From positions 4,732,686 to 4,796,685 of the forward strand of contig OZ241986.1 in NCBI GenBank assembly GCA_965204375.1: a stretch of 64,000 nt of DNA, given 5' to 3'. Of this stretch, positions 53,981 to 61,853 are shown piece after piece. The position numbers were made by a program, and so were the translations under genes. Source of the stretch: Candidatus Latescibacterota bacterium (GTDB taxonomy: Bacteria > Latescibacterota > UBA2968). Within the stretch, counting starts at the first letter, position 1; every line of letters starts with the position of its first letter. A model generated the notes under the pieces. It did not search any database. It was not told where the DNA came from and was given only the letters and a program-made list of their open reading frames with translations.

Positions 53981-55420
53981 TTAAAGGAGCGGGGAGATTA
54001 TCGTGAGCATGACTCGAACAGAACGATTTGTCATCATAACCTTTCCTTGCCGATCGATCAGGACATAGTGCGGAAAGCCTCCAATGTTATACATCTTTGA
54101 CACTTTGTTATTGTTGTCCATAGCGTCCAGGATCTGGGGCCATTCAATGTGAGACTTCTCTACATAATTTTTAACTTTGTCTCTTCTGATATCGGTACTG
54201 ACGCCGATAATCTCGAAATTATCGCGGTCGAATTTTTCAGATAGTGCTTTCAATCTGGGGGTATCTTTGATACAAGGCCCGCACGAGGTGTGCCAGAAGT
54301 CCAACAAAACGTATTTGCCCCGGAAATTTGAAAGCTGAAGATTCTTTCCGTCTATATCCCTAACTACAAAATCCGGTGCCGCAGAGCCTCGCTTGATCTC
54401 AATCTTTGTCGGGACGAAGACATCTGACTTCTTGAGGATAATTTCATCACCAGAGGCGGAGATGCTTTTAATTTTAAATGTGGTACCACCGATATTAAAG
54501 GGTTTGTCCGCGTCGTAATATTCCGCTGATTCGCGCTCACTCCCGAATATGCCATCGTGATCGAGATCCCATAGTATTCTGTTAAAAATTTTGGTAGAGT
54601 AGGTCGCGAAGCGTCCTTTGTTGTAGATCGCCAGATCGTATAATTGACCATCTATTTTCACTTGTCCTTTTCTATATTCAGTTACGCTTCCCCTGAATTT
54701 TGGGAAGGTTGGATCTTTCCGCTTTTTCACATATTGCGTATATCTATGAACCTCCACGCCCACCCTTTGGGTTTTGGCGATTCTACCATCGTTGTATTCA
54801 AATTCAACGGTGGCATTTGCCTTCTGCCCATAGGGGAGTCTCCACGGTAGAATGTAGCTCAGCAGACGAAATACCGTACCGAAGTTCTCTGGATATATCG
54901 CATGTTCATCGGAGAAGTCTTCATTGTTGTTGGTATCAAAAATGAAAACAGCATTTCCATTCTGGTCCTGCCCATTCACAAAGGATACTTTGCTATCTAC
55001 AGGTACACCCAAGCTATATAGTTCCCAGAGTTCTCGTTTCGTCTCTTCTGGGCGACTATCGTCCAACAAAAACTGTAGCGCACTCAATTCGAATATCCCA
55101 TAGAATTCGATGGTCATTCCCGGTGGAAATCCTCTTAAACCTTTCTCAAGCGGTTTTCGACTTATCTGATCGTGATCATGAAAGTCAATCGATGATGACC
55201 TGAATCTCGATAATGCTTGTGAGCTTAAAGGTACACGCTCCAGGGGGATCACAACTTCATCCATATTAGCTGAGTTAAATCGCGCAACGGATGGGTCATC
55301 TGAGGAATCCTGGGTATTCTTGGAAAGGCCGAAGAGAGTGGAATGAACAGAGAGTGAGAAGAGTATAAGCAGACCAGCAATAATGCTGTTCTTTCTGAAA
55401 GTCGGGTTAATGGAGATCAT
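53981..55420 (-). CDS. membrane-anchored or exported protein with a C-terminal TlpA/ResA-like thioredoxin domain
   Basis: Start at MISINPTFRKNSIIAGLLILFSLSV (AGGAGG upstream). About 330 aa that I cannot assign, then FRGKYVLLDFWHTSCGPCIKDTPRLKAL (CxxC redox motif) and GFPHYVLIDRQGKV. Confidence 0.7.
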   Translation of the reverse strand: MISINPTFRKNSIIAGLLILFSLSVHSTLFGLSKNTQDSSDDPSVARFNSANMDEVVIPLERVPLSSQALSRFRSSSIDFHDHDQISRKPLEKGLRGFPPGMTIEFYGIFELSALQFLLDDSRPEETKRELWELYSLGVPVDSKVSFVNGQDQNGNAVFIFDTNNNEDFSDEHAIYPENFGTVFRLLSYILPWRLPYGQKANATVEFEYNDGRIAKTQRVGVEVHRYTQYVKKRKDPTFPKFRGSVTEYRKGQVKIDGQLYDLAIYNKGRFATYSTKIFNRILWDLDHDGIFGSERESAEYYDADKPFNIGGTTFKIKSISASGDEIILKKSDVFVPTKIEIKRGSAAPDFVVRDIDGKNLQLSNFRGKYVLLDFWHTSCGPCIKDTPRLKALSEKFDRDNFEIIGVSTDIRRDKVKNYVEKSHIEWPQILDAMDNNNKVSKMYNIGGFPHYVLIDRQGKVMMTNRSVRVMLTIISPLL

Positions 55421-55500
55421 GATTTCCTCCTGAAGATTTATAGGGTGGATACCTCCAACCGCACACAATTTCAGGCGACGTGTTCTTTGGTTGATTTTAT

Positions 55501-55516
55501 AGCAATAAACGTGCCA
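55501..55516 (-). promoter_or_regulatory. sigma-54 promoter (-24/-12)
   Basis: Minus strand TGGCACGTTTATTGCT, 80 nt upstream of ATG 55420. Confidence 0.8.
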
Positions 55517-55579
55517 AAAGATTCAAATGTTGAAATAACAATGAGTTATGAAAATTGCTTGAAATTGACTAATTGGAAA

Positions 55580-55618
55580 GTGTCCGATTTTGATACAGTA
55601 GTGTCCGAAAATGAACAC
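55580..55618 (-). promoter_or_regulatory. 39-bp two-site upstream activating sequence, copy 4
   Basis: Identical 39-mer, 63 nt upstream of the -24 element. Confidence 0.7.
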
Positions 55619-55620
55619 TT

Positions 55621-55660
55621 GGAGGAAGAGTGAGGTGGGAAGAGTGAGGAGGGAAGTGTG
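55621..55660. repeat. purine-rich imperfect tandem repeat (GGAAGAGTGAGG-like units)
   Basis: ggaggaagagtgaggtgggaagagtgaggagggaagtgtg. It is related in composition to the GAAGTGT repeats at 12774, 60295 and 61618. Confidence 0.6.
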
Positions 55661-55753
55661 TATAAATTAAATGAGGGTTGTGCATAAAAGCTGTGACATA
55701 GTCGGTAAAAGTCGCCACTTGTAGAAGCAACCAACTTCACAAGGAGGCGACCG

Positions 55754-55936
55754 ATGGCAAAACCAAGATTCACCGACTATGTCGACCTGATACATACGCT
55801 GTTTGATCAGTTTACACAAGCGCAAATGGGAAATGGGAAAGAGGGAATAGGAACACAGGTGCAAATCTTTAGCACACAAGGGAAGCAAGAAATACAGAAA
55901 AAAATAAGAATGACGTCATCCTGGCGGTACTATTAG
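55754..55936 (+). CDS. small hypothetical protein (60 aa)
   Basis: AAGGAGG lies 6 nt upstream of the ATG. No similarity recognised. It sits in the AT-rich islet next to the TIR gene. Confidence 0.35.
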   Translation: MAKPRFTDYVDLIHTLFDQFTQAQMGNGKEGIGTQVQIFSTQGKQEIQKKIRMTSSWRYY

Positions 55937-56034
55937 CAGTCATTCGCCCGATGATCTCTTGAAGGATAGATAGATGTGTTTGGACAGCGGGAGAATTTCC
56001 ATCGAACTTCGAGCAGTCAGCCATTTTTTATTCC

Positions 56035-56523
56035 TCAGCCATTTTTGCGAATGCGGATGGCATCCTCTATCCACCCGGCGATTTTGCTCTTGACGTAATG
56101 GTAAGCGTCCTTGCTATCGCCATGTGGCGGATTGTACGATTTTACCACGTTTGATAATATCTGGCCGTTGATATTAATGTTATCAAAAGGATTTTTTCCT
56201 TTTGGGGATTGTTTCCCGTATTGATCCTTAAGCTTATGAACATAGATGCCAAGCAGTCCTTTGCCCTCATCCCATGATTTTTTTATTTCATAATGGATCC
56301 ATTCACTCTCAGCAGTATGACTTCCAATCAGAACGATTGTACAGGATGCTCCGGCAAGCTGACTATCTACCCATTTCTTGATTGAGGCGGTGTCGGCATA
56401 GCTTTCCCACTGGTTATCGCTGACGAGTTTATTGCCCTCGACGACACCAGCATTTCTAATTTGGGCAGCCCGCCAATTGTCGTGTGCATAGTGAAAACTA
56501 AAAAAGACCCGTCGTCCTTTCAT
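56035..56523 (-). CDS. TIR-like domain protein, ThsB-like (Thoeris-type TIR, DUF1863 family)
   Basis: RRVFFSFHYAHDNWRAAQIRN..., CTIVLIGSHTAESEWIHYEIKKSWDEGKGLLGIYVHKLKDQYGKQSPKGKNPFD closely parallels the blocks of Bacillus ThsB as I recall them (KRVFFSFHY.., CVLIGSQT..WV.YEI.KS.E.G...GI....KD.YG...KG.NPFD). The start could instead be 56571. Confidence 0.65.
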   Translation of the reverse strand: MKGRRVFFSFHYAHDNWRAAQIRNAGVVEGNKLVSDNQWESYADTASIKKWVDSQLAGASCTIVLIGSHTAESEWIHYEIKKSWDEGKGLLGIYVHKLKDQYGKQSPKGKNPFDNININGQILSNVVKSYNPPHGDSKDAYHYVKSKIAGWIEDAIRIRKNG

Positions 56524-56700
56524 TGCACTCTTTGCTCCTAAACATTGTTTCCCGAGTTGTTCACATTCCATTGTACCAGAGTACCAAAAAGTCAGGCCAG
56601 CATGTACGCAGCCTCTGCTATTGTGGCATACTTGGGAATCAAAAATCTAACATTTTTAAATAATATAGTCAATCCCATCATATCGCTACCTTGAGATGCT

Positions 56701-56988
56701 CTACAGCATGGTCTTACCCAATGAAAAGACATCGAAAACATATCCCAGGATTACGAGAGATCGCAAGTTTAGACGGTCTGACTGATGTCCGATGATGGGT
56801 TGAAATACCGAGGGGGCCTGTCTGACGACCATTAACAAGCTGGCTTCGGTTTTGGATAAGGATAGAGTTTGAATGAAAATGGGGAGTAAGGGCGGTAGGA
56901 ATCCGCTGTATGTGTCGTGTACCGCATGCCCTCCGGAGAGGGTGATTACGTCACGGGTTTGAAAACGGCTCTCACTATTTGTGGACAT
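56701..56988 (-). pseudogene. N-terminal fragment of an MFS transporter (Fsr-like)
   Basis: Only 95 codons. ITLSGGHAVHDTYSGFLPPLLPIFIQTLSLSKTEASLL...FQPIIGHQSDRL resembles the first two TM helices and loop of Fsr-type MFS proteins, which are normally about 400 aa. The frame ends just upstream of the TIR islet. Confidence 0.45.
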
Positions 56989-57179
56989 GGGGTTCTCGAA
57001 AAAAAGTGATGAATGACGGCTGTAAGATAAAGCGCGAAGGCTACTTGAAGGAGAGATAAATGGTGTGGCTAAGTACAGCAGTGCTTCTTAGGGTTGCGGG
57101 AATAGAAATGGGGACATAATTTAAAAGAACCAAAGCCATTATGCACAGCGCGTAAGTCCGTCTCGCAAAGGATTATTAC

Positions 57180-58340
57180 ATGTCTGATTATCCCCCTATT
57201 CGCGCGATTACTCGGGGACCTGAGTTTCACTGGTTCGGTTATTACGACAAGTGGCAAATAGACCCGTCAGGCCGGTATGCGCTTAGTATGGAGGTGGATT
57301 TTGAACACCGGTCGCCTTCGGCGGATGATACGGTTGCGCTGGGTATCATTGATATGGAGGATGGCGATACGTGGTCTGAGTTCGGGCGCACGCGGGCCTG
57401 GTGCTGGCAACAGGGGTGTATGTTGCAGTGGATTCCCAATTCGGAGACGGATGTTATTTTTAATGATCGCGAGGGGGATGCGTTTGTCTCGCGGATATAC
57501 AATGTGAAAACGGGGGCGATTCGCACGCTTCCGCACGCGATTTATACGGTTTCGCCGGATGGGAAGACCGCTATTGGGGCGGATTTTCGCCGGATTAATC
57601 ACATGCGGCCCGGGTATGGGTATGCGGGGATTCCCGATCCGAATCGCGATGTGCGTGCGCCGGATGATGTGGGTGTTTATACTGTGGATCTGGAGACGGG
57701 TGAGTCAAGGCTTGTTGTTGCGATTGCCGAGGTTGCTGCGATTCCGTATCCGCATGGCGATATTTCCGGGGCGCGGCACTATTTTAATCATTTGCTGTTT
57801 AATACGGATGGGTCGCGGTTCATTTTTTTGCACCGCTGGCGATTTGGAGAGGGCGGTTTTGATACGCGGATGATGACGGCAAATGCCGATGGGTCAAATT
57901 TGCATGTGGTTGATGATTACGGCAAGATGTCGCATTTTATCTGGCGCGATCCAGAGACGATTCTCGGGTGGGCGTATCATCCGGCGCACGGGAATAAGTT
58001 TTATCTCTATCGGGATCTTTCCGACGCGGAGCCAGAGGTGATTGGTGCCGGGGTGATGACGGTTAATGGTCACTGTACGTATTTGCCGGGCAATGAGTGG
58101 ATTCTCAATGATACGTATCCGTCACAGGGTGATCGCAGTCAAGTTCCGTATCTGTATCATGTTGCGACTGGCAAGCGCGTCGATCTGGGCGTTTTCCCGT
58201 CGCCGGAACCCTATACGGGCGAGTGGCGCTGTGATTTGCATCCGCGCTTTAGTCCCGATGGGCAGTTTGTGGTGATTGATTCGGCACACAGAGGCAATGG
58301 ACGGCAGATGTATCGGATTGAGGTTGGGGATATTGTATAA
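57180..58340 (+). CDS. TolB-like / oligogalacturonide-lyase-like beta-propeller protein
   Basis: 386 aa. Repeated SPDG-type strands (YTVSPDGKTAIG, LLFNTDGSRFIF, LHPRFSPDGQFVVIDS). The C-terminal block resembles the end of Ogl-type propellers. The functional assignment is weak. Confidence 0.35.
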   Translation: MSDYPPIRAITRGPEFHWFGYYDKWQIDPSGRYALSMEVDFEHRSPSADDTVALGIIDMEDGDTWSEFGRTRAWCWQQGCMLQWIPNSETDVIFNDREGDAFVSRIYNVKTGAIRTLPHAIYTVSPDGKTAIGADFRRINHMRPGYGYAGIPDPNRDVRAPDDVGVYTVDLETGESRLVVAIAEVAAIPYPHGDISGARHYFNHLLFNTDGSRFIFLHRWRFGEGGFDTRMMTANADGSNLHVVDDYGKMSHFIWRDPETILGWAYHPAHGNKFYLYRDLSDAEPEVIGAGVMTVNGHCTYLPGNEWILNDTYPSQGDRSQVPYLYHVATGKRVDLGVFPSPEPYTGEWRCDLHPRFSPDGQFVVIDSAHRGNGRQMYRIEVGDIV

Positions 58341-58351
58341 GGAGATATGAG

Positions 58352-59095
58352 ATGGCAATAGCTGCAGTACCTGCAGTACTGACGGAAGAGGAAATGTTGC
58401 ATTTTCGCACGCGGGGCTATCTGGGTCCGTATTCGCTGTGTTCGGAGAGGGAGATGGCGGATCTTCGTCCGGCGATTGAAGAGGTGCTGGAGACGGATCC
58501 ACCGAATGGTAAGAATCGCATTCACAACCGGCATCTGGATAGTCGCGCGGTTTACGATTTGTCAACGCATCCCGAGATTCTCAGTCGTATGGTGGCTCTG
58601 TACGGGACGGATTTGCTGTTGTGGCGCACGAATTTTTTTATCAAATACAAGGGTACGAAGGCGATTCCCTGGCATCAGGATTTCAATTATTGGCCGCTCG
58701 AGCCGCCGATTATTGTTTCGGCGTGGATTGCGGTGGATGCTTCGACTAAGGAGAATGGGAATTTGCAGCTTATTCCCGGGTCACATCGCAAAATTATTCC
58801 CCATGTCAAAGCCACGCCCGATGTGCAGTTCAAAGAGATGGCCGATGCGGGGTATTACGATCCGGAGCAGCTGGTCGATCTCGAGATGCAGCCCGGTGAG
58901 TTTATTTTGTTTAACGAGCGCACGTTGCATCATTCGAAAGCGAATTTCTCGGATTTGCGGCGCATTGGTCTGGCGGTGCGCGCGATTCCTCCGATTGTGC
59001 ATGTTCTCAAGTACGATTCCGAAGACCACGCGCTTCCGGTTATTCACGGCGAGGATACGATGGGGTTTAATCGCGTTACACAACCGCCGTTATAA
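58352..59095 (+). CDS. phytanoyl-CoA dioxygenase (PhyH) family Fe(II)/2-oxoglutarate oxygenase
   Basis: WHQDFNYW (HxD iron ligands), later GSHRK and LHHS. 247 aa. AAGGAGA RBS. Confidence 0.75.
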   Translation: MAIAAVPAVLTEEEMLHFRTRGYLGPYSLCSEREMADLRPAIEEVLETDPPNGKNRIHNRHLDSRAVYDLSTHPEILSRMVALYGTDLLLWRTNFFIKYKGTKAIPWHQDFNYWPLEPPIIVSAWIAVDASTKENGNLQLIPGSHRKIIPHVKATPDVQFKEMADAGYYDPEQLVDLEMQPGEFILFNERTLHHSKANFSDLRRIGLAVRAIPPIVHVLKYDSEDHALPVIHGEDTMGFNRVTQPPL

Positions 59096-59106
59096 GGAAC
59101 TATTAT

Positions 59107-60294
59107 ATGAAGATTACCAATATTGAGACGTTTATTGTGGATGCGGGTTGGCGCCCGTGGATATTTGTCCGGGTGGATACAGATGCGGGTATTAGTGGCT
59201 GGGGAGAGTGTAGCGATGGGCGCAGTCCCTATGGGGTTACGGGTACGGTGCGCGATTTGACGCCTTTGCTCCTCGGCAAGGATCCCCGCGCTTATGAGAT
59301 GCGCTTTTGGGATATGTTGCGGGGGACGCGGCAAAGTCCGGGGGGTATTGCGGCGAAGGCGATTGCAGGTGTTGAACTCGCGCTTATTGATATTAAGGCG
59401 CGTGCGCTCGGTATTTCTGTTGTGGAGCTTTTTGGGGGTCCAACGCGGGAGCAGGTTCGGGTTTACTGGTCGCATTGCGGGACTTCGCGTGCGCGCAATA
59501 GCGAGTTGCTCAATACGCCACCGCTTCGCACGATGGACGATATTGCCGCGCTGGGGCGAGAGGTTGTGGCGAGGGGATATACGGCGTTGAAGACGAATAT
59601 CGTGATACCGGGGGATCCGGCCGGTGTGTATTTTGGGGGTTTTGGCGGCGAACCTGGGACGACGGATGGCGTGGTTTCGCGGCAGATTCTCCGGCATATT
59701 GAGACGCTTATTGGGACGTTTCGAGATGCTGTGGGTCCGGATGTCGATATTAATCTGGATCTGAATTTTAATTTCAAGCCCGAGTCGTGTATGCGTATTG
59801 CCCAGGTGCTGGAACAATTTGATTTGCTGTGGCTGGAGATCGATATGTACGAGCCTGATGCGATTCGGCAGATTAAGGATTCGACGAGTACTAAAATTTG
59901 TACGGGTGAGAATTTGTTTTATATGCGCGAGTTTATTCCTTATTTCCAGGCGCGGTCTGCGGATGTGTTTATGATCGATGTGCCGTGGAATGGGTTTGCC
60001 CAGTCGAAGAAGGTGGGGGAGTTGGCCGAGGCGTATCAACTCAATGTTGCGCCACACAATTATTATAGCCATCTTTCGACGTGTATCAGTGCGAGTCTGT
60101 GCGCGGTTTTGCCGAATGTGCGCATTATGGAGATTGATGTTGACGATGTGCCCTGGCGCGAGGATATGGTGACGAATGTACCCCATATTGAGAATGGGTA
60201 TTTGACGATTCCCTCAGGTCCGGGTTGGGGTATTGAGATGGTTGAGGATGTGCTCAAAGCGCATCCCTGGGATAAGGGAAATGCGAATTGGTGA
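59107..60294 (+). CDS. enolase-superfamily enzyme (mandelate racemase / sugar-acid dehydratase-like)
   Basis: MKITNIETFIVDAGWRPWIFVRVDTDAGISGWGEC capping domain, then a barrel with LWLEIDM and TGENL metal-ligand-type blocks. 395 aa. Confidence 0.8.
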   Translation: MKITNIETFIVDAGWRPWIFVRVDTDAGISGWGECSDGRSPYGVTGTVRDLTPLLLGKDPRAYEMRFWDMLRGTRQSPGGIAAKAIAGVELALIDIKARALGISVVELFGGPTREQVRVYWSHCGTSRARNSELLNTPPLRTMDDIAALGREVVARGYTALKTNIVIPGDPAGVYFGGFGGEPGTTDGVVSRQILRHIETLIGTFRDAVGPDVDINLDLNFNFKPESCMRIAQVLEQFDLLWLEIDMYEPDAIRQIKDSTSTKICTGENLFYMREFIPYFQARSADVFMIDVPWNGFAQSKKVGELAEAYQLNVAPHNYYSHLSTCISASLCAVLPNVRIMEIDVDDVPWREDMVTNVPHIENGYLTIPSGPGWGIEMVEDVLKAHPWDKGNANW

Positions 60295-60364
60295 GAGAAG
60301 TGTGAAGTGTGAAGGGAGAAGTGTGAAGGGAGAAGTGTGAAGGGAGAAGTGTGAAGGGAGAAGG
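60295..60364. repeat. tandem 14-mer repeat GAGAAGTGTGAAGG (about 4-5 copies)
   Basis: Read directly, immediately after the stop codon of 59107-60294. Confidence 0.9.
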
Positions 60365-60370
60365 AAAACT

Positions 60371-60397
60371 GTCATCGCGGCATGCTTAAAGCCGCGA
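60371..60397 (+). repeat. REP-like 27-nt hairpin element, copy 2
   Basis: GTCATCGCGGCATGCTTAAAGCCGCGA, identical to 63678-63704. CGCGGC/GCCGCG stem with a 9-nt loop. Confidence 0.6.
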
Positions 60398-60437
60398 GCC
60401 AGAAGGGTTTTTGTCGTTACTTTTATTAGAGGACAAT

Positions 60438-61175
60438 ATGAATAATCAACAACACTTGTTTGAACTCGATGTCTATGGCTTTACGGTTGTTGAAGATGTT
60501 TTGACGACTGAGGAAGCGGGCGAGATGCGCGAGGCACTTATGCGCTGTGAAAAGGAGGTTGGCACGGAGGCCAAAAATCGGGGTACTGCTCGGCATGTCG
60601 CCAATTTGCCGGTGCTGGATCGCGTTTTTCACAAGACTATTGATCATCCGCGGATTCTGCCGTTGCTGGAGCACTATCTCGAGAAGTCGCTTATTCTGGG
60701 GAGTCTCAATGCCCGGATTGTGCGTCCGGGCGATCCAGACCAGGGTTTGCATAGTGATATTCCGCTGGAGATGCTCAATTTTAGTTCGCCAGTTATGATG
60801 AATACGATCTGGATGCTGGATGATTTTTCGCCGATCAATGGCGGTACGCGCGTGGTGCCGGGGTCTCATAAAAGCGGGTTGGTTATCCCGCCAGAGGATG
60901 TGTCTGTCAAGCATATCGCGCAGCCCGAGGGATCTGCGGGTAGTGTTATTGTTATTAATGGTCAAATATGGCATGGCGGCGGGGCGAATACGGGGACGAC
61001 GAATCGCCATGCGTTGTTCGGTCATTATCGCAAACGGATGTGTATGTTTCAGGTGGATCCCCACGATGGGTTTCCGCCCGAGTGGTTTGATGGGCTCACG
61101 GATAGACAAAGGCAATTGATGCGGATGAGCAAGGGGCTTAGATCTGCCCACGCAGCGGATGCGCATTTCAGGTAG
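60438..61175 (+). CDS. phytanoyl-CoA dioxygenase (PhyH) family oxygenase
   Basis: GLHSDIP (HxD), [19 protein letters not shown] at 60438 preferred over the TTG at 60411. Confidence 0.75.
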   Translation: MNNQQHLFELDVYGFTVVEDVLTTEEAGEMREALMRCEKEVGTEAKNRGTARHVANLPVLDRVFHKTIDHPRILPLLEHYLEKSLILGSLNARIVRPGDPDQGLHSDIPLEMLNFSSPVMMNTIWMLDDFSPINGGTRVVPGSHKSGLVIPPEDVSVKHIAQPEGSAGSVIVINGQIWHGGGANTGTTNRHALFGHYRKRMCMFQVDPHDGFPPEWFDGLTDRQRQLMRMSKGLRSAHAADAHFR

Positions 61176-61194
61176 TTGGAAACAGGAGATCAAT

Positions 61195-61626
61195 ATGCTC
61201 GTTGGTATATCCCCATTGTTCAGTCCCGAGTTGCTGGCTACGATTTATCGCATGGGACACGGAGATGAGATTGTTCTGGCAGATGCGCATTTTCCCGGAC
61301 ATTCGGTGAATGCCAATACGCTTCGGGCAGATGGTCTGGGGGTTGCGGCGTTGCTGGAGGCAATTTTGCCGCTGTTTGTGCTGGATACGTATGTGGATAG
61401 TCCGGTTTTTATGATGGATGCGGTGCCGGGCGATGCGCTCGATCCCGCGGTTGAGGCGTCTTACCGGGCTGTTATTGACCGGGTATGGCCCGATACACCC
61501 CCTATTGCGCGCGTTGAACGCTTTGCTTTTTACGAACAGGCGAGAGACGCTTTTGCGGTTGTTATGACCGGGGAGACGGCGAAATATGGCAATGTTATTT
61601 TGAAGAAAGGTGTGACGGAAGTGTGA
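61195..61626 (+). CDS. RbsD/FucU family sugar mutarotase
   Basis: [22 protein letters not shown] is the family signature. 143 aa. GGAG RBS. Confidence 0.75.
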   Translation: MLVGISPLFSPELLATIYRMGHGDEIVLADAHFPGHSVNANTLRADGLGVAALLEAILPLFVLDTYVDSPVFMMDAVPGDALDPAVEASYRAVIDRVWPDTPPIARVERFAFYEQARDAFAVVMTGETAKYGNVILKKGVTEV

Positions 61627-61673
61627 AGTGTGAAGTGTGAAGTAGGAAGTGTGAAGTAGGAAGTGTGAAGTAG
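61618..61673. repeat. tandem heptamer repeat GAAGTGT/GAAGTAG (8 copies) overlapping the FucU stop codon
   Basis: Read directly. It is followed at 61708-61745 by a CTTC-rich tract of the opposite polarity. Confidence 0.9.
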
Positions 61674-61742
61674 GATAAGACACCAGCTTTAGGGTGGTGG
61701 GGCAGGGTCTTCTCACTTCTTCCTTCTTCCTTCTAACTTCTT

Positions 61743-61770
61743 AACCTGTCCAAAAGGACAGGTTGTTTTT
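61743..61770 (+). terminator. intrinsic terminator
   Basis: AACCTGTCC-AAAA-GGACAGGTT followed by GTTTTTG. Confidence 0.7.
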
Positions 61771-61853
61771 GTCCCTGGGGACGGTGTTTTGGGGTTTCGG
61801 ATGGCGTATTTTTGGGGTGAGATTAGTTCATTCCAATCAAAAGGAGGCATACC

